From the IMG/VR virus record IMGVR_UViG_3300018432_000304, positions 1 through 55,092 of that record: a stretch of DNA of 55,092 nucleotides. One strand, written 5' to 3'. Shown here one piece after another: positions 44,557 to 54,144 of the stretch. Every line of letters starts with the position of its first letter. Position 1 is the stretch's first letter. The DNA comes from a virus (lineage: Duplodnaviria > Caudoviricetes). A program made the position numbers and the translations under genes. The notes beneath the pieces are model-generated. The model was not told the origin of the DNA, searched no databases, and was given only the letters and a program-made list of their open reading frames with translations.

Positions 44557-47500
44557 GACCGCTCCCTCACCATCGCCAGCTCGTCGGCCTGCTCAGGTGC
44601 GGCGAGCCACTGCTGCTGCCGCACCCCGGCCTCTTCGTCCTCGCGGAGCTGGTCCGCCTGTTCGCGGGCCTCGATCTCCAGCAGCGTCTCCCTGGCGCGG
44701 GCCACCGCCTCCGCTGTGGTGTCGGCGTCGGGGACCTCGCGGCGCACACGGGGGTCGTGCTCCGTCGGGTCCGCCACGGCGACGTCGCGGAGGTCGGGCA
44801 CGTTCGTCTCCGGCGACACCGCAGCAACCGGCTCGTCGGTGTTCTCGTCGACCAGGTCGACCTCTGCGATCGGCCGCACCTCATCGCCGGCGACACGGTC
44901 CTGCGCTTCGGCGGCCAGCCACTCCGCCGCTGTCGTCTTGTCCGCCGGGTTCACCAGATCCACACCCCGCCGGCCCAGCTCGGCCTTCGACCGCTCCCCG
45001 CGGTCCCGGGTGCCCGCCGTGTGTAGATACCACCGGGTGCGGGCCTTGTCGGCTTCGTCGAGGTCGAGGGCGCGCTGCTCAAGCTCGTCGGCTTCCCGCT
45101 CCGCCTTCTCCGCCGCGCCGAGGAGGTCGACCTTCTCGTCGCCGTCGAGGGTGTCGGCGCGTGCCTTCCACAGCCCGGAGTCGGTGCGCTTCGCGGCGAC
45201 CGTCTCACTGGTGGTGGCGAGCTCGTCGGCGACGAACCGCGGAGCCAACGTCTGCTCCCGATCCCACGCAGCGGCGCGCACCAGCAGCTGACCGGTGGTG
45301 AGCATCGCCTCCTCCGGCCCCACATCCGGCAGGTCGAGGGCTGCGTGCGCGGTCGCCCACACGGCGTGCTTCTCCGCCAGACCCGCCGGGGGAGCAGCCC
45401 CGAGGGGGTCCTGCTCGTCGGTGTGCTCCATGTTCTCGCGGTGCGCGGCAGCCCAGCTGGCCCGGGATTCCCACTCGGCGCGGCGCAGCGGATCCTCCGG
45501 CACCGGCCCGAGCGTCTCCAGGGCCCACTTCGGCTGTTCCTCCGCGGTGCGCGCACCCAGCTCATGGCGGCGCTCATCGGCTGCGTCGGCCCGGGCCTCC
45601 AACCAGCCCTGCCACCGCTCCGACACCCCAGCCGGGATGAGGTCCCGGTACGAGGAGATCTGCGGGACCTTCTCGTTGAGGGTGTTGCGGATCCGGGCGT
45701 GCAGTACCCGCCCCACCGACGTCGCCCCCGTCAGAGACTTTCCGTCCAACGCCTCGTGCAGCACCTGCTCGGGGTTGCGGCCGGACACCTCGACGTAGCG
45801 GAGCAGCCGATCCACCGACCCCATCGCCTGATCCGCTGCGAGGGCCTCCCGCTGCTCCACAGTGATCGCACCGGTGGCCGCCAGCCGGTCCAGGGCCCGC
45901 GAGGTGGAGCCGGCGCGGACCTCGGCGATCCCCGCCAACAGGCGGTCCACCTGCCGCAGCGTTGACACCTCGTCTTCGCCGGCCTGGGCCTGCTCGGCGA
46001 GCGCCCCCCGCTCGGCCTCGACCCGCTCCAACCGGTCCGCCAGGACAGCCTTCGCCGTGCGCGCCTCCACGTCCTGCGCCTCACCCACCGGCGCATCCGA
46101 GGCAAGCGGCTGGGTCGTCACCCACGCGGTGTTCGCTTCACGGCCGCGGGTCATGCCGACGTAGCTGCCGGTCAGGTCATGCCCGGTGTCGACGGTGCGG
46201 CCCTGCGCCGCGTGCAGCGTGGACGCGTAGGCGAGGGACAGGTGCTCGGCCACATACGAGGCCGGCAAGGTGACCTCGACGCCCTTCCCGGTCTCCACCC
46301 GCAGCCCACCATCCGGGAGCGCGTCGAGGACCCGGTACGTCTGCCGGTTCACCACCGGCACCTCGAGACCCCAGTTGTTGCGCCGCGCCTGCACAAGGTC
46401 CCCGACCCCGGCGAGGTTGCCATCCCGACCGAGCGCCACACCGTCCTCGGCGACCCGCCCGAGGCGGACGAGCTCAGCGCGCATGGCCCCGGACAGGCGA
46501 CCGGCCTGCTCGTTCGAGGACACCATCAACAGCGACTGCTTCCCCGCGAGGGTGTCGGCCAGCCACGCCCTACCGGCGTCCGCTTCCGCCTCCTCCGCGG
46601 TCCCGCACGAGCGGAGCCGGCCGTGCTTGTCGTAGTCGTCCAGCACCGACACGTCCCCGTCACGCAGCCGCAGCGACGCCTCCCGTTCCCACTCCTGCTG
46701 GAACCGGCGAACCTCCGTCAGCTCATACCGGCGTGCGGCCGCGCCGACGTCGGCGAGCGCTCCACCCGGCCCGACCGCGGCCAACTGCAATGGATCCCCG
46801 ACGAGCAGCAACTTCGCGTTAGCTGCCTCGCAGCGGCGGGCGATGTCGGCGACGTCCTGGGTGGATGCCATCCCCGCCTCGTCCACCACGACGAGGTCAC
46901 CGTCACGCAGCTGCCACGTCGGCGACGTCTCCACGCTGGCGCGCCACTTCTCGAAGTTGAACGCCGTCACACCCTCATCGACCATCACATCGGCCGCGGT
47001 CTGGGAGGCGGTCAGGCCGATGGTGCGTCGCCCGTACTGCGCCCACACCTCGGCCAGCGTCCCGACAGTGAACGACTTCCCCGTCCCCGCCGCCGCGTCG
47101 AGCACCTCAACGCACGCACCAGAGGTCGCCACCCCACGCACCGCGGCGGCCTGGTCGACGCCCAGCTCGACACCAGCCGCCGCGAACCGCCGGGTGACCA
47201 GCGCAACCTGCGCGTCGGTCAGCTGCGCCGCACCTGTACGCACGGCGGCCCGCTCGAGGAGGCGGTCGTCGACCATCTGCCCGGAGGTGGCGTACTTCGC
47301 GGACCCCGGACGTTGGAACGCCGACAGGCCGTTCCGGAGCTGGAACTCCGACGGCAACCCGGCCGCATCCTCAGCCGCCACCACAACCGTCGCCTCGGCG
47401 AGAGCTTTGTCGGCGAGCCCCTCCAACAAGGGACGGATCCGGCCGGCAGGCAGGTCGAGGTTCGCCGGCAACGCCGACGACACCGCGAAGATCAGATCGG

Positions 47501-48755
47501 AACGGGTCCACGTCGCCTGGTTCTCACCCACCGCGTCCAGCGCGCGGGCGACCACCTGCGACGGCGACCACTCGTCAGCCGGGCCAGCGTCACGGGCGGC
47601 CAGGAAGTCGTGGGCGACCTTCTCCAGCCCCCCAGCGATCGCACCGCGGGCCTCACGTTCCCACCTGTCCAGCCGCTCCTCGTTCGTCTCCCCGTCATGA
47701 GACTTCGCCTTCCTGGTGAGCAGGGTGGCCTGCTCCCGCAGGTACTTCTGCTCATGCACCGACGCCTCACGGCCGTGGCGCTGCTCGTACTCGGCGATCA
47801 ACTCAGCGGCCTTCGCCGTCACCGCCCGCCGCCGTGACGAGAACAGGTCCCGTACGTCGCGGTCGACCCCGACGATCTCGCGGGACTTTCCGTCCGCGCT
47901 GGCCTCGAAGCGCGCGGAGAACGTGGCGGCCAGCTCCGCCTCAACAACCCGCTCGCCCACGGCGGCGGCGGACATGCGATGCAGCTTCAAGGCGCGTTCG
48001 TCGACACCGACCCACTCGCCGTCGGCGCGCCGGATCTTGTTGAGGATGGCCTGGTGCACGTGCAGCTGCGGGTCCCGGTCACGGGAGTCGTGCTGCAGGA
48101 ACTGGGCCACCACGAACTGGTTGGCGTCGCCCCACCGGTTCGCGCCGCCGCCGTGCTTCCCAACCCGGGCGTACCCGGCGACCTCCTCCAGGTAGTCGAT
48201 GCTGGCGCGGGCACCGGCCATGACGGCCTGTTCGACGGCCTTGTTCATGGCCGCCCACGACTCGGCTTCCTCGAGCTTGCCGGCGGCCCGGGCTTCGTTG
48301 GCGGCCCGTTCGAACGCCACCGACAGCACGGTGATGCTCTTGCTGGGGGAGAACGTCATGTCGAAGAACGCGACCGGCTGACGGGCCTCCCGCTCCGCGT
48401 ACGCCAGGAGCTCCGCCCGCCGTTCCGGTGTGGCGTCGGGTTCCCGCTCGACCGCCGCCCGGTACAGCTCGTCGGAGGTCTTGTAGTGCTTGTGTGGGCG
48501 ACCCAGGGTGCGGGCGTCCACCCACCGCTCCCGGGTGTGGGTGGCCTCGTCGCGGGGGTCGAGCAGGCGGGCGTAGACGGCCTCCATCAGGTCGGAGTCG
48601 ACTACACCCGCCAGCCCGAGCGCGTGGGCGCCCTGCCCGTACCAGAGGCCGGGTGGCTCACCCGCCGCGACGGCGCCGGAGTAGTAGCCCTCCCGACCAC
48701 CCGCCACCGGGCCGGTCAAGTACGAAACGGAGTAACCCTTCGCGAAACCCAGCAT
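44553..48755 (-). CDS. mobF: MOBF relaxase (TrwC/TraA-like) fused to RecD-like helicase
   Basis: EGYY..GEPPGLWYG; DMTFSPSKSIT; QHDSRDRDPQLHVH (HUH); AAGTGKS, VVDEAGM, VGDPLQL, HAAQGRTVD, YVGMTRGR. Confidence 0.95.
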   Translation of the reverse strand: MLGFAKGYSVSYLTGPVAGGREGYYSGAVAAGEPPGLWYGQGAHALGLAGVVDSDLMEAVYARLLDPRDEATHTRERWVDARTLGRPHKHYKTSDELYRAAVEREPDATPERRAELLAYAEREARQPVAFFDMTFSPSKSITVLSVAFERAANEARAAGKLEEAESWAAMNKAVEQAVMAGARASIDYLEEVAGYARVGKHGGGANRWGDANQFVVAQFLQHDSRDRDPQLHVHQAILNKIRRADGEWVGVDERALKLHRMSAAAVGERVVEAELAATFSARFEASADGKSREIVGVDRDVRDLFSSRRRAVTAKAAELIAEYEQRHGREASVHEQKYLREQATLLTRKAKSHDGETNEERLDRWEREARGAIAGGLEKVAHDFLAARDAGPADEWSPSQVVARALDAVGENQATWTRSDLIFAVSSALPANLDLPAGRIRPLLEGLADKALAEATVVVAAEDAAGLPSEFQLRNGLSAFQRPGSAKYATSGQMVDDRLLERAAVRTGAAQLTDAQVALVTRRFAAAGVELGVDQAAAVRGVATSGACVEVLDAAAGTGKSFTVGTLAEVWAQYGRRTIGLTASQTAADVMVDEGVTAFNFEKWRASVETSPTWQLRDGDLVVVDEAGMASTQDVADIARRCEAANAKLLLVGDPLQLAAVGPGGALADVGAAARRYELTEVRRFQQEWEREASLRLRDGDVSVLDDYDKHGRLRSCGTAEEAEADAGRAWLADTLAGKQSLLMVSSNEQAGRLSGAMRAELVRLGRVAEDGVALGRDGNLAGVGDLVQARRNNWGLEVPVVNRQTYRVLDALPDGGLRVETGKGVEVTLPASYVAEHLSLAYASTLHAAQGRTVDTGHDLTGSYVGMTRGREANTAWVTTQPLASDAPVGEAQDVEARTAKAVLADRLERVEAERGALAEQAQAGEDEVSTLRQVDRLLAGIAEVRAGSTSRALDRLAATGAITVEQREALAADQAMGSVDRLLRYVEVSGRNPEQVLHEALDGKSLTGATSVGRVLHARIRNTLNEKVPQISSYRDLIPAGVSERWQGWLEARADAADERRHELGARTAEEQPKWALETLGPVPEDPLRRAEWESRASWAAAHRENMEHTDEQDPLGAAPPAGLAEKHAVWATAHAALDLPDVGPEEAMLTTGQLLVRAAAWDREQTLAPRFVADELATTSETVAAKRTDSGLWKARADTLDGDEKVDLLGAAEKAEREADELEQRALDLDEADKARTRWYLHTAGTRDRGERSKAELGRRGVDLVNPADKTTAAEWLAAEAQDRVAGDEVRPIAEVDLVDENTDEPVAAVSPETNVPDLRDVAVADPTEHDPRVRREVPDADTTAEAVARARETLLEIEAREQADQLREDEEAGVRQQQWLAAPEQADELAMVRERS

Positions 48756-48759
48756 CGGC

Positions 48760-48954
48760 TCAGCGACCCCTGGCGCGGGCGGCCATCCGCTCCGGGGCGG
48801 GCGCCACCCACTCCCATGGCGTCACCGCCGACATCAACCCGGCGAACGCCTCCCGGGCGAGCTGCACCGCCTTATCGGTGCGCGCACCCACCGGGGCGGT
48901 CATCGCCCCCCACGTCCCCGACTGCGGGATGCCATGGTGCTTGTAGTCGCTCAC
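48760..48954 (-). CDS. Small hypothetical protein
   Basis: GTGA-coupled; ends ..ARARGR. Confidence 0.45.
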   Translation of the reverse strand: MSDYKHHGIPQSGTWGAMTAPVGARTDKAVQLAREAFAGLMSAVTPWEWVAPAPERMAARARGR

Positions 48955-49199
48955 CGGGCCCACCCGTCGTCCTGGCTGGTCCTGTAGGCGCCGTCCCAAA
49001 CGGTGACGTCCCGGAGCCTGCTGGCGTGGTCCTTCATCTCTTCGGCCTTCTGCAGCCAGCGTTCGGCCTCGTCGGTTCCCCGGTCGTGCCGGCCTGCGAG
49101 GTTCCGGTAGAACGCGGAGGCTTCGGTGAACTCGTCCATCTGCCCGCCATACAGTTCCTCCCGGGAAGGGACGAACGGTCGTGGCTCCTTCTCGCTCAT
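48951..49199 (-). CDS. Small protein ending DDGWAR
   Basis: ATGA coupling; shared C-terminal motif. Confidence 0.6.
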   Translation of the reverse strand: MSEKEPRPFVPSREELYGGQMDEFTEASAFYRNLAGRHDRGTDEAERWLQKAEEMKDHASRLRDVTVWDGAYRTSQDDGWAR

Positions 49200-49495
49200 C
49201 GGGCCCACCCCTGTGCCTGCTCCCGCGTGTCCTGCGTCGCGTCCCAGGCCCGGTCGGTCTCGTCGAAGTGGGCTTCGAGCTCGGCGACGCGGAGGATGTT
49301 CTGCATGGCCTGCTCCTGCCGCTCGGTGCGCTCAGGGAGGCTGGTGAGCCGGTCGAACGTCCGGCGGTCGCGTGAGGCCTGCGCGTCTCGTTCGGCGTAG
49401 GCCTGCTCAACCTCGGCCTGGATCCGCGCCCGGTCGCTCTTCTCCTGGGGGGCGCGCCAGATCTGGTTGAGGGAGTGCTCGTTCGCGCTGCTCAT
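49196..49495 (-). CDS. Small coiled-coil protein ending QGWAR
   Basis: ATGA coupling; shared C-terminal motif. Confidence 0.6.
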   Translation of the reverse strand: MSSANEHSLNQIWRAPQEKSDRARIQAEVEQAYAERDAQASRDRRTFDRLTSLPERTERQEQAMQNILRVAELEAHFDETDRAWDATQDTREQAQGWAR

Positions 49496-49743
49496 CGGGC
49501 CCACCCGTCGTTCCTGGCGGCCGACTGCTGTGCGCCGTCCCACACCCAGACCTCAGGAGAGTCGATGAAGGCGGCGCACAGGTAGCCGTAGTCGCTCATG
49601 GGCGCGAGCTGCTCCACAGGAACCTCCTGCGCCCCGGCTCGGTGCGAGTCAACGGCGGCCCTGACCTCGTCCATGTCGGCGCCGTGGTCGAAGGTGGTGT
49701 CTCCGCCGCTCCGTGCGGCGACGGCCTCGTCGTACTGGGTCAT
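49492..49743 (-). CDS. Small protein ending NDGWAR
   Basis: GAAGGA RBS before ATG; shared C-terminal motif. Confidence 0.6.
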   Translation of the reverse strand: MTQYDEAVAARSGGDTTFDHGADMDEVRAAVDSHRAGAQEVPVEQLAPMSDYGYLCAAFIDSPEVWVWDGAQQSAARNDGWAR

Positions 49744-49899
49744 TTGATCTTCCTTCGCTGCTGTTCACACCATCGGATCGGAGGATGCTTACGGTGTGGA
49801 CTGCTTGATTCGGGCTTGTGGTGATCTTGTGTGAGTGGTGATCGTGCTGAGATGTGGATCTAGATAGGACTGAATGGACTAGCTGAACTCGGAAATGGA

Positions 49900-50550
49900 C
49901 TAGTGCACAGGGGGGTGGAGCTTCGCGTCGTCGTACGCCTGCGCATCCGCGATCTGCTCAGCTGACGGCTCCGGCGGAAGACCCTGCGACGTCCACGCAG
50001 CCGCGACAGCGCGCATGTGCCCTGCCAGCGGCGCAGCCACCGGAGAACAAGCCGCCGCGCCACCAGGCCGGTGCTTGCCCAGGTCACACGAGCCCAACGC
50101 CTTCTGGATGCGCTCCACGACACGAGGCCGCTGCTGGTCGTGCCACATACCGGCGTGCGCCCCCCACACGCGGGCCGCGTAGGCGTCGGCGTGCGCGGTC
50201 CGCAGCCACCACAGCTCCTCGATCACCCAGGGATGCCACGCCCAGCACGGCGGGAGCTGCACCCCCGGGTAGCGCAGGTAGACGGCGTCCAACCACTGCA
50301 CGAGGTCTTCGAGGAGCGCCTCGGCCTTGTCGGGGTCGGACAGCAGCAGCCACGACGCGGCCGGGCGGGTGTCGTCGATCCCCCGGAGGCGGTCGATCAC
50401 CCGCCCCAACGTTTCCCCGAGATCCCCGACGGCCTGGTCGAGTTCGCCCACCCGCTCCACCGTGGGCTCCCACTCGCCCACCCGGTGGGTGAGGCGGTCG
50501 ATCTCCCGGGCGAGCGCACCAACGTCGGGTGTCGGGTCAGTGGGCGACAT
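49900..50550 (-). CDS. DUF4913-like conjugation-associated protein
   Basis: LVQWLDAVY..PPCWAWHPWVIEELWWL..AH..WHD; next to coupling protein. Confidence 0.7.
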   Translation of the reverse strand: MSPTDPTPDVGALAREIDRLTHRVGEWEPTVERVGELDQAVGDLGETLGRVIDRLRGIDDTRPAASWLLLSDPDKAEALLEDLVQWLDAVYLRYPGVQLPPCWAWHPWVIEELWWLRTAHADAYAARVWGAHAGMWHDQQRPRVVERIQKALGSCDLGKHRPGGAAACSPVAAPLAGHMRAVAAAWTSQGLPPEPSAEQIADAQAYDDAKLHPPVH

Positions 50551-52300
50551 CGGTCAGCTCCCGTGGGTGGGCGAGCACCGGGTGGGTGGGCGCGGTGGGT
50601 GTGGGTGCCGGGTGGGCGACCACGTGGGTGGGCGACAGAGCGGGCGCCCAGGGGGTGAACCCGCGGCGCTTCCACACCGGGTGCACCCACCCGACGGCGG
50701 GTGGCATGTCGGAGAACACGACCACCCGGAACGGTGGGAGGCTCGCGATCTGGGCGGGCGCCAGGACGGGTGTCTTCCGCACCGAGGTGGAGGTGACCTT
50801 GCCGTCGCCGCCGCGGGTCTTCACGACCTCGTCACGGTCACCGGCGAGGGAGGCCCACGCGTTGAGGTCGTCGGGGTCCTTCGTGCCGCCGTAGAGCATG
50901 ACCGAGCCCGCGTTGTTGAGGATCTTGGAGGCCCCGGTGCGTCCCCAGCGATCCACCAGGTCCGCTCGGGACTGGAACGCGCAGATCAGCTGAATCCCGG
51001 AGCCGCCGGAGTCACCGGACCAGTCGGGCAGCGGCACCGGCGACACCCGCGCGGCCTCGTCGAGCGCAAGCATGAGGGGCGGGTCAAGCCGCCCAGCCGG
51101 CTGCAGCGCCGCCAACCGGCGGGCCTCCCGCGCCACATACCCGGTGAACGCAGCCAGCAGCGGCGCTGTGTGCGCCTCATGCCGCCCCAGCAGGTACACC
51201 GTGCCGCGGTCGCGCAGCAGCGTGGCCACGTCGAACGGGGCCCCACCCTCGGTGGCGGCGACCGCGTCCGGGGAGGTCAGCCACCCCAACGCCGGCGTGA
51301 TGGCGTTCGTGATCGACGACTGCGTTTTGTCGGTCAGCGCAACGAACTGGTTAACGTCCTCGAGGAACGCCGTCGGGTCCGGTGACCGCTTCAGCAGGGC
51401 GTTGAGCTCCGCCGAGGCGGCCGCCGGGTTCGCCACCCACCGCTGCACATCGCGCATGCTCCGACGACCGGACGGGTCGAGAGCGGCGGCGTGCAGGAAC
51501 GACGCGAAGTGCCGGCGGGCCTGACCATCCCAGAACTCCCGCTCGTCCCCTTCGGCCTCGGGGATCATGTCGGCGGCCCGGGCGGTGGCAGTGGTGGGGT
51601 CCTGGCAGCCGGTGAGCGGGTTGAACGTGACGGTCGACTCCAGCTCACCGAGCCCACCCGGGTTGAACACCCACACCTCACGCCCGCCGGTCTCCCGGGC
51701 GGTGCGGGTGAGCCCGATGATTTCGGTGCGGGTGGAGGTGGTGAGGACCGCGCCGGGTGCGTCGGAGATGGCCCCGGCGAGCCACGCCGTCTTCCCCTTC
51801 CTTGGCCCGCCGATGGCGAGCACGACGTCTTCGCACGACGCCCACAGCCACATCCCACCGGAGCGGCACAGCTTCACACCGAGCTCGGTGGTGGGTGTCC
51901 GCCACCTCGCCCACCAGCCGACGTCGCGGAGGTGTGGGCGGACAGCGGCGGCCTTGCGGTGCATCGCCCACCAGGACCCGTGCCAGGCGACCTGCCACAG
52001 GGTGGCTACCCCGGAACGTCGGCGGGCGCGTTCCCCGGCGCGGGTGACGGTGCGGGCGTTCCCGGAGCGGAGCCATGCCACCCACCCGGTGACGACCCCG
52101 CCGCCCACGAGGAGGGCGGCCAGGAACGCGGTCGTGCCGTGGGCGAGGTACACCCACACGGCGAGACCCATCCCGAGCCCGGCGAGGGCGGTGACGATGA
52201 GCCTGCGGTCGACCTGGCGGGAAAGCGAACGAACTACAGCGGTGACGGCGACGGTGGCGACGACCCCGCCGGCGGCGAGCAGCAGCAGGGTGGGGTTCAT
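50537..52300 (-). CDS. Type IV coupling protein (VirD4/TraG-like)
   Basis: N-terminal TM helices; GGPRKGKT Walker A; VLTTSTR, FNPL, FW; LALDEAA; QSRADL..WG. Confidence 0.9.
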   Translation of the reverse strand: MNPTLLLLAAGGVVATVAVTAVVRSLSRQVDRRLIVTALAGLGMGLAVWVYLAHGTTAFLAALLVGGGVVTGWVAWLRSGNARTVTRAGERARRRSGVATLWQVAWHGSWWAMHRKAAAVRPHLRDVGWWARWRTPTTELGVKLCRSGGMWLWASCEDVVLAIGGPRKGKTAWLAGAISDAPGAVLTTSTRTEIIGLTRTARETGGREVWVFNPGGLGELESTVTFNPLTGCQDPTTATARAADMIPEAEGDEREFWDGQARRHFASFLHAAALDPSGRRSMRDVQRWVANPAAASAELNALLKRSPDPTAFLEDVNQFVALTDKTQSSITNAITPALGWLTSPDAVAATEGGAPFDVATLLRDRGTVYLLGRHEAHTAPLLAAFTGYVAREARRLAALQPAGRLDPPLMLALDEAARVSPVPLPDWSGDSGGSGIQLICAFQSRADLVDRWGRTGASKILNNAGSVMLYGGTKDPDDLNAWASLAGDRDEVVKTRGGDGKVTSTSVRKTPVLAPAQIASLPPFRVVVFSDMPPAVGWVHPVWKRRGFTPWAPALSPTHVVAHPAPTPTAPTHPVLAHPRELTDVAH

Positions 52301-52557
52301 GACGTCACTACCCGGAGGCTGACGAGCAGGATCGCAACCAAGCCGATAGCCATCACGACGGGCCACACTGCGAAGCCACTGAGAACGGCGGCCACGAGGC
52401 CGCCGGCAGCAGCTGCCACGTCGAGGGCGAGCGTTATGCGGCTCATCGGCCGGTGCCTGGTGAGCCGGCGCCGGTCGACGAGGTTCCCTGCTACGAGACA
52501 GACGCCCGCGGCGATTAGGGCGATGGCCGCGGGATCGGCTACGACAGAGAGGTTCAT
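52297..52557 (-). CDS. Small membrane protein
   Basis: Hydrophobic segments; ATGA coupling. Confidence 0.6.
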   Translation of the reverse strand: MNLSVVADPAAIALIAAGVCLVAGNLVDRRRLTRHRPMSRITLALDVAAAAGGLVAAVLSGFAVWPVVMAIGLVAILLVSLRVVTS

Positions 52558-53228
52558 GACGCGTGTCCGTTCGTGGAGTAGGTGCGGATGAGCTGCTTCG
52601 CCTTGTGCTCGGTGACGCCCAGCTCCCGCTGCAGGCGGACCTTCCCGAGGCCCTGGTGGACGAGCTGGCGGGCCTTGTCGTGGTCGACGTCCTGCGGACG
52701 CGGGTTGGGGGTGGGCCTGCGTGGCGGCTCGGCAACAGGCACGAGCGCGACGGTGGGTGCGCTGCGCCACTGCACGGACATGCCGTTGTCCTCGAGCGCC
52801 GGCAGCTCCTCGCCGGGCTCCTCCTCGACTACCGGTGCTGGCACGTCGGCGCGACCGACGAGGACGAGCAGGTGGACCGTGCCGCCGACCACTGCCGGTG
52901 CAATGGCGCCGACGATGACGGCGGCCCACCACGGCGGTGTCACCTCGAGGGCGTGCCAGCCGGTGGCGGCGGCGTTCGCGGCCACAGTGAGGGCGAGCAG
53001 CGCCCAGGTGAGCCACCGCGCGAACCGGCGTGCGTCCTCACGGCCCCCCGGGGACAGCCACACCGCGCACGACACGGCCGCGCCGGCATCTACCGCGAGA
53101 GGGAGGAGCGGCGCCAAGCTCTCGTTGATCCGGACAGCGACTGCGAGGCTCCGCAGCGCGTCGAACGACAACACGGCAGCGGCGCCGAGGACGACCGCGA
53201 GACCGAGCATGGACAGCCAGCGGCTCAT
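52554..53228 (-). CDS. DUF2637-like membrane protein with C-terminal HTH
   Basis: LSFDALRSLA..LLPLAVDAG..TVAANA; KVRLQRELGVTEHKAKQLI. Confidence 0.75.
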   Translation of the reverse strand: MSRWLSMLGLAVVLGAAAVLSFDALRSLAVAVRINESLAPLLPLAVDAGAAVSCAVWLSPGGREDARRFARWLTWALLALTVAANAAATGWHALEVTPPWWAAVIVGAIAPAVVGGTVHLLVLVGRADVPAPVVEEEPGEELPALEDNGMSVQWRSAPTVALVPVAEPPRRPTPNPRPQDVDHDKARQLVHQGLGKVRLQRELGVTEHKAKQLIRTYSTNGHAS

Positions 53229-53482
53229 CGGTCGATCACCCGCGAGTACAGGAGCGCCCCGCCGGCGACGGCGAGCAGGACGACGAGCCCGATGACGGCG
53301 ATGTGGAACCGGCCGTCGGTGTCGAGGTAGACGCGGATGACCGCGCCGGAGGCAATGGCTGCGAGCACGGTGAGCGGTACGAGCCACACCCCGGACTCGG
53401 CGGACCGGCAGCCCGCGGGGGGGAGGGGCACCGCGAGGGGCTGCGTGGCCTGCTCGGCTGGGGCCTTGGTGGGGGCGCTCAC
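53225..53482 (-). CDS. Two-TM membrane protein
   Basis: Coupled; hydrophobic. Confidence 0.6.
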   Translation of the reverse strand: MSAPTKAPAEQATQPLAVPLPPAGCRSAESGVWLVPLTVLAAIASGAVIRVYLDTDGRFHIAVIGLVVLLAVAGGALLYSRVIDR

Positions 53483-53790
53483 CGTGCCCGCCCCTCGTCG
53501 CCATGCTGGTCCAGCAAGCTCGACCAGTCGACCGTGTCGGATCGACGCACGGCCTCGTCTGCTGCGAGGAGCTCGGCTTGGGTGCTCCTGCGGACTTCCG
53601 CCCAGTACGCCGCGTGCGTTCGGTCGAAGTCCTGTGTCGGGCTCTGTGGGTTGTCGGGGTCGAGTTCCCGCTCGCCGGCGTCCCGCTCGGCCAGATGCAG
53701 GTTGAGCAGCCGCATGACCTGGTCATGGCGGACGGGCGGGACGGCTTCGTTGCCGCGGCCGACCCGCAGGATGCCGCGGAGGCCCTTCAT
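53479..53790 (-). CDS. Hypothetical protein
   Basis: ATGA coupling; MKGLRGILRVG. Confidence 0.55.
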   Translation of the reverse strand: MKGLRGILRVGRGNEAVPPVRHDQVMRLLNLHLAERDAGERELDPDNPQSPTQDFDRTHAAYWAEVRRSTQAELLAADEAVRRSDTVDWSSLLDQHGDEGRAR

Positions 53791-53999
53791 CGGGTCCGCC
53801 CCTCGGCGTCGCTGTCGTGGGCTGCGAGCCAGGTGGTGAGGCCGTCGCGGATCGCTTCTGCCTCGTCGACACGCCAGTCCACCCACTGGTTGCCGTCGGG
53901 GTGTCCCAGCGTGAGGCGGACGCGGTCACCCGAGGCGCTGAGGGTGGTGGTGCCGTGGTCGGTGGTGTCGGTGCTGGGTGGGCTGACAGGATGCTGCAC
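53787..53999 (-). CDS. Hypothetical protein, first gene of mobilisation operon
   Basis: GAAGGAGG RBS before GTG. Confidence 0.55.
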   Translation of the reverse strand: MQHPVSPPSTDTTDHGTTTLSASGDRVRLTLGHPDGNQWVDWRVDEAEAIRDGLTTWLAAHDSDAEGRTR

Positions 54000-54092
54000 A
54001 GCCCCTCCTTCCTGCTGGTTCAGGGGGTGGGGTAGGCCCGGCTGGGAGGTGCGAACTCCTGGTCGGGCCGTCTTCGTGTGGACGCCTAGCCC

Positions 54093-54144
54093 TGTCCACA
54101 TCTGGACAGTAGCGCGGATCCTCAGTACTGTCCAGATGTGGACA
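54093..54144. promoter_or_regulatory. Symmetric divergent promoter/operator (19-bp perfect IR)
   Basis: TGTCCACATCTGGACAGTA..TACTGTCCAGATGTGGACA; TGGACA-N17-TACTGT on both strands. Confidence 0.75.

Noticed and set aside
48949-49517. Integron attC-like sites at the GWAR repeats
   Set aside because: No palindromic attC structure and no integron integrase seen
44179-54000. Self-transmissible ICE with a complete T4SS
   Set aside because: No VirB4 ATPase, VirB6-like channel or transfer hydrolase recognised in this window
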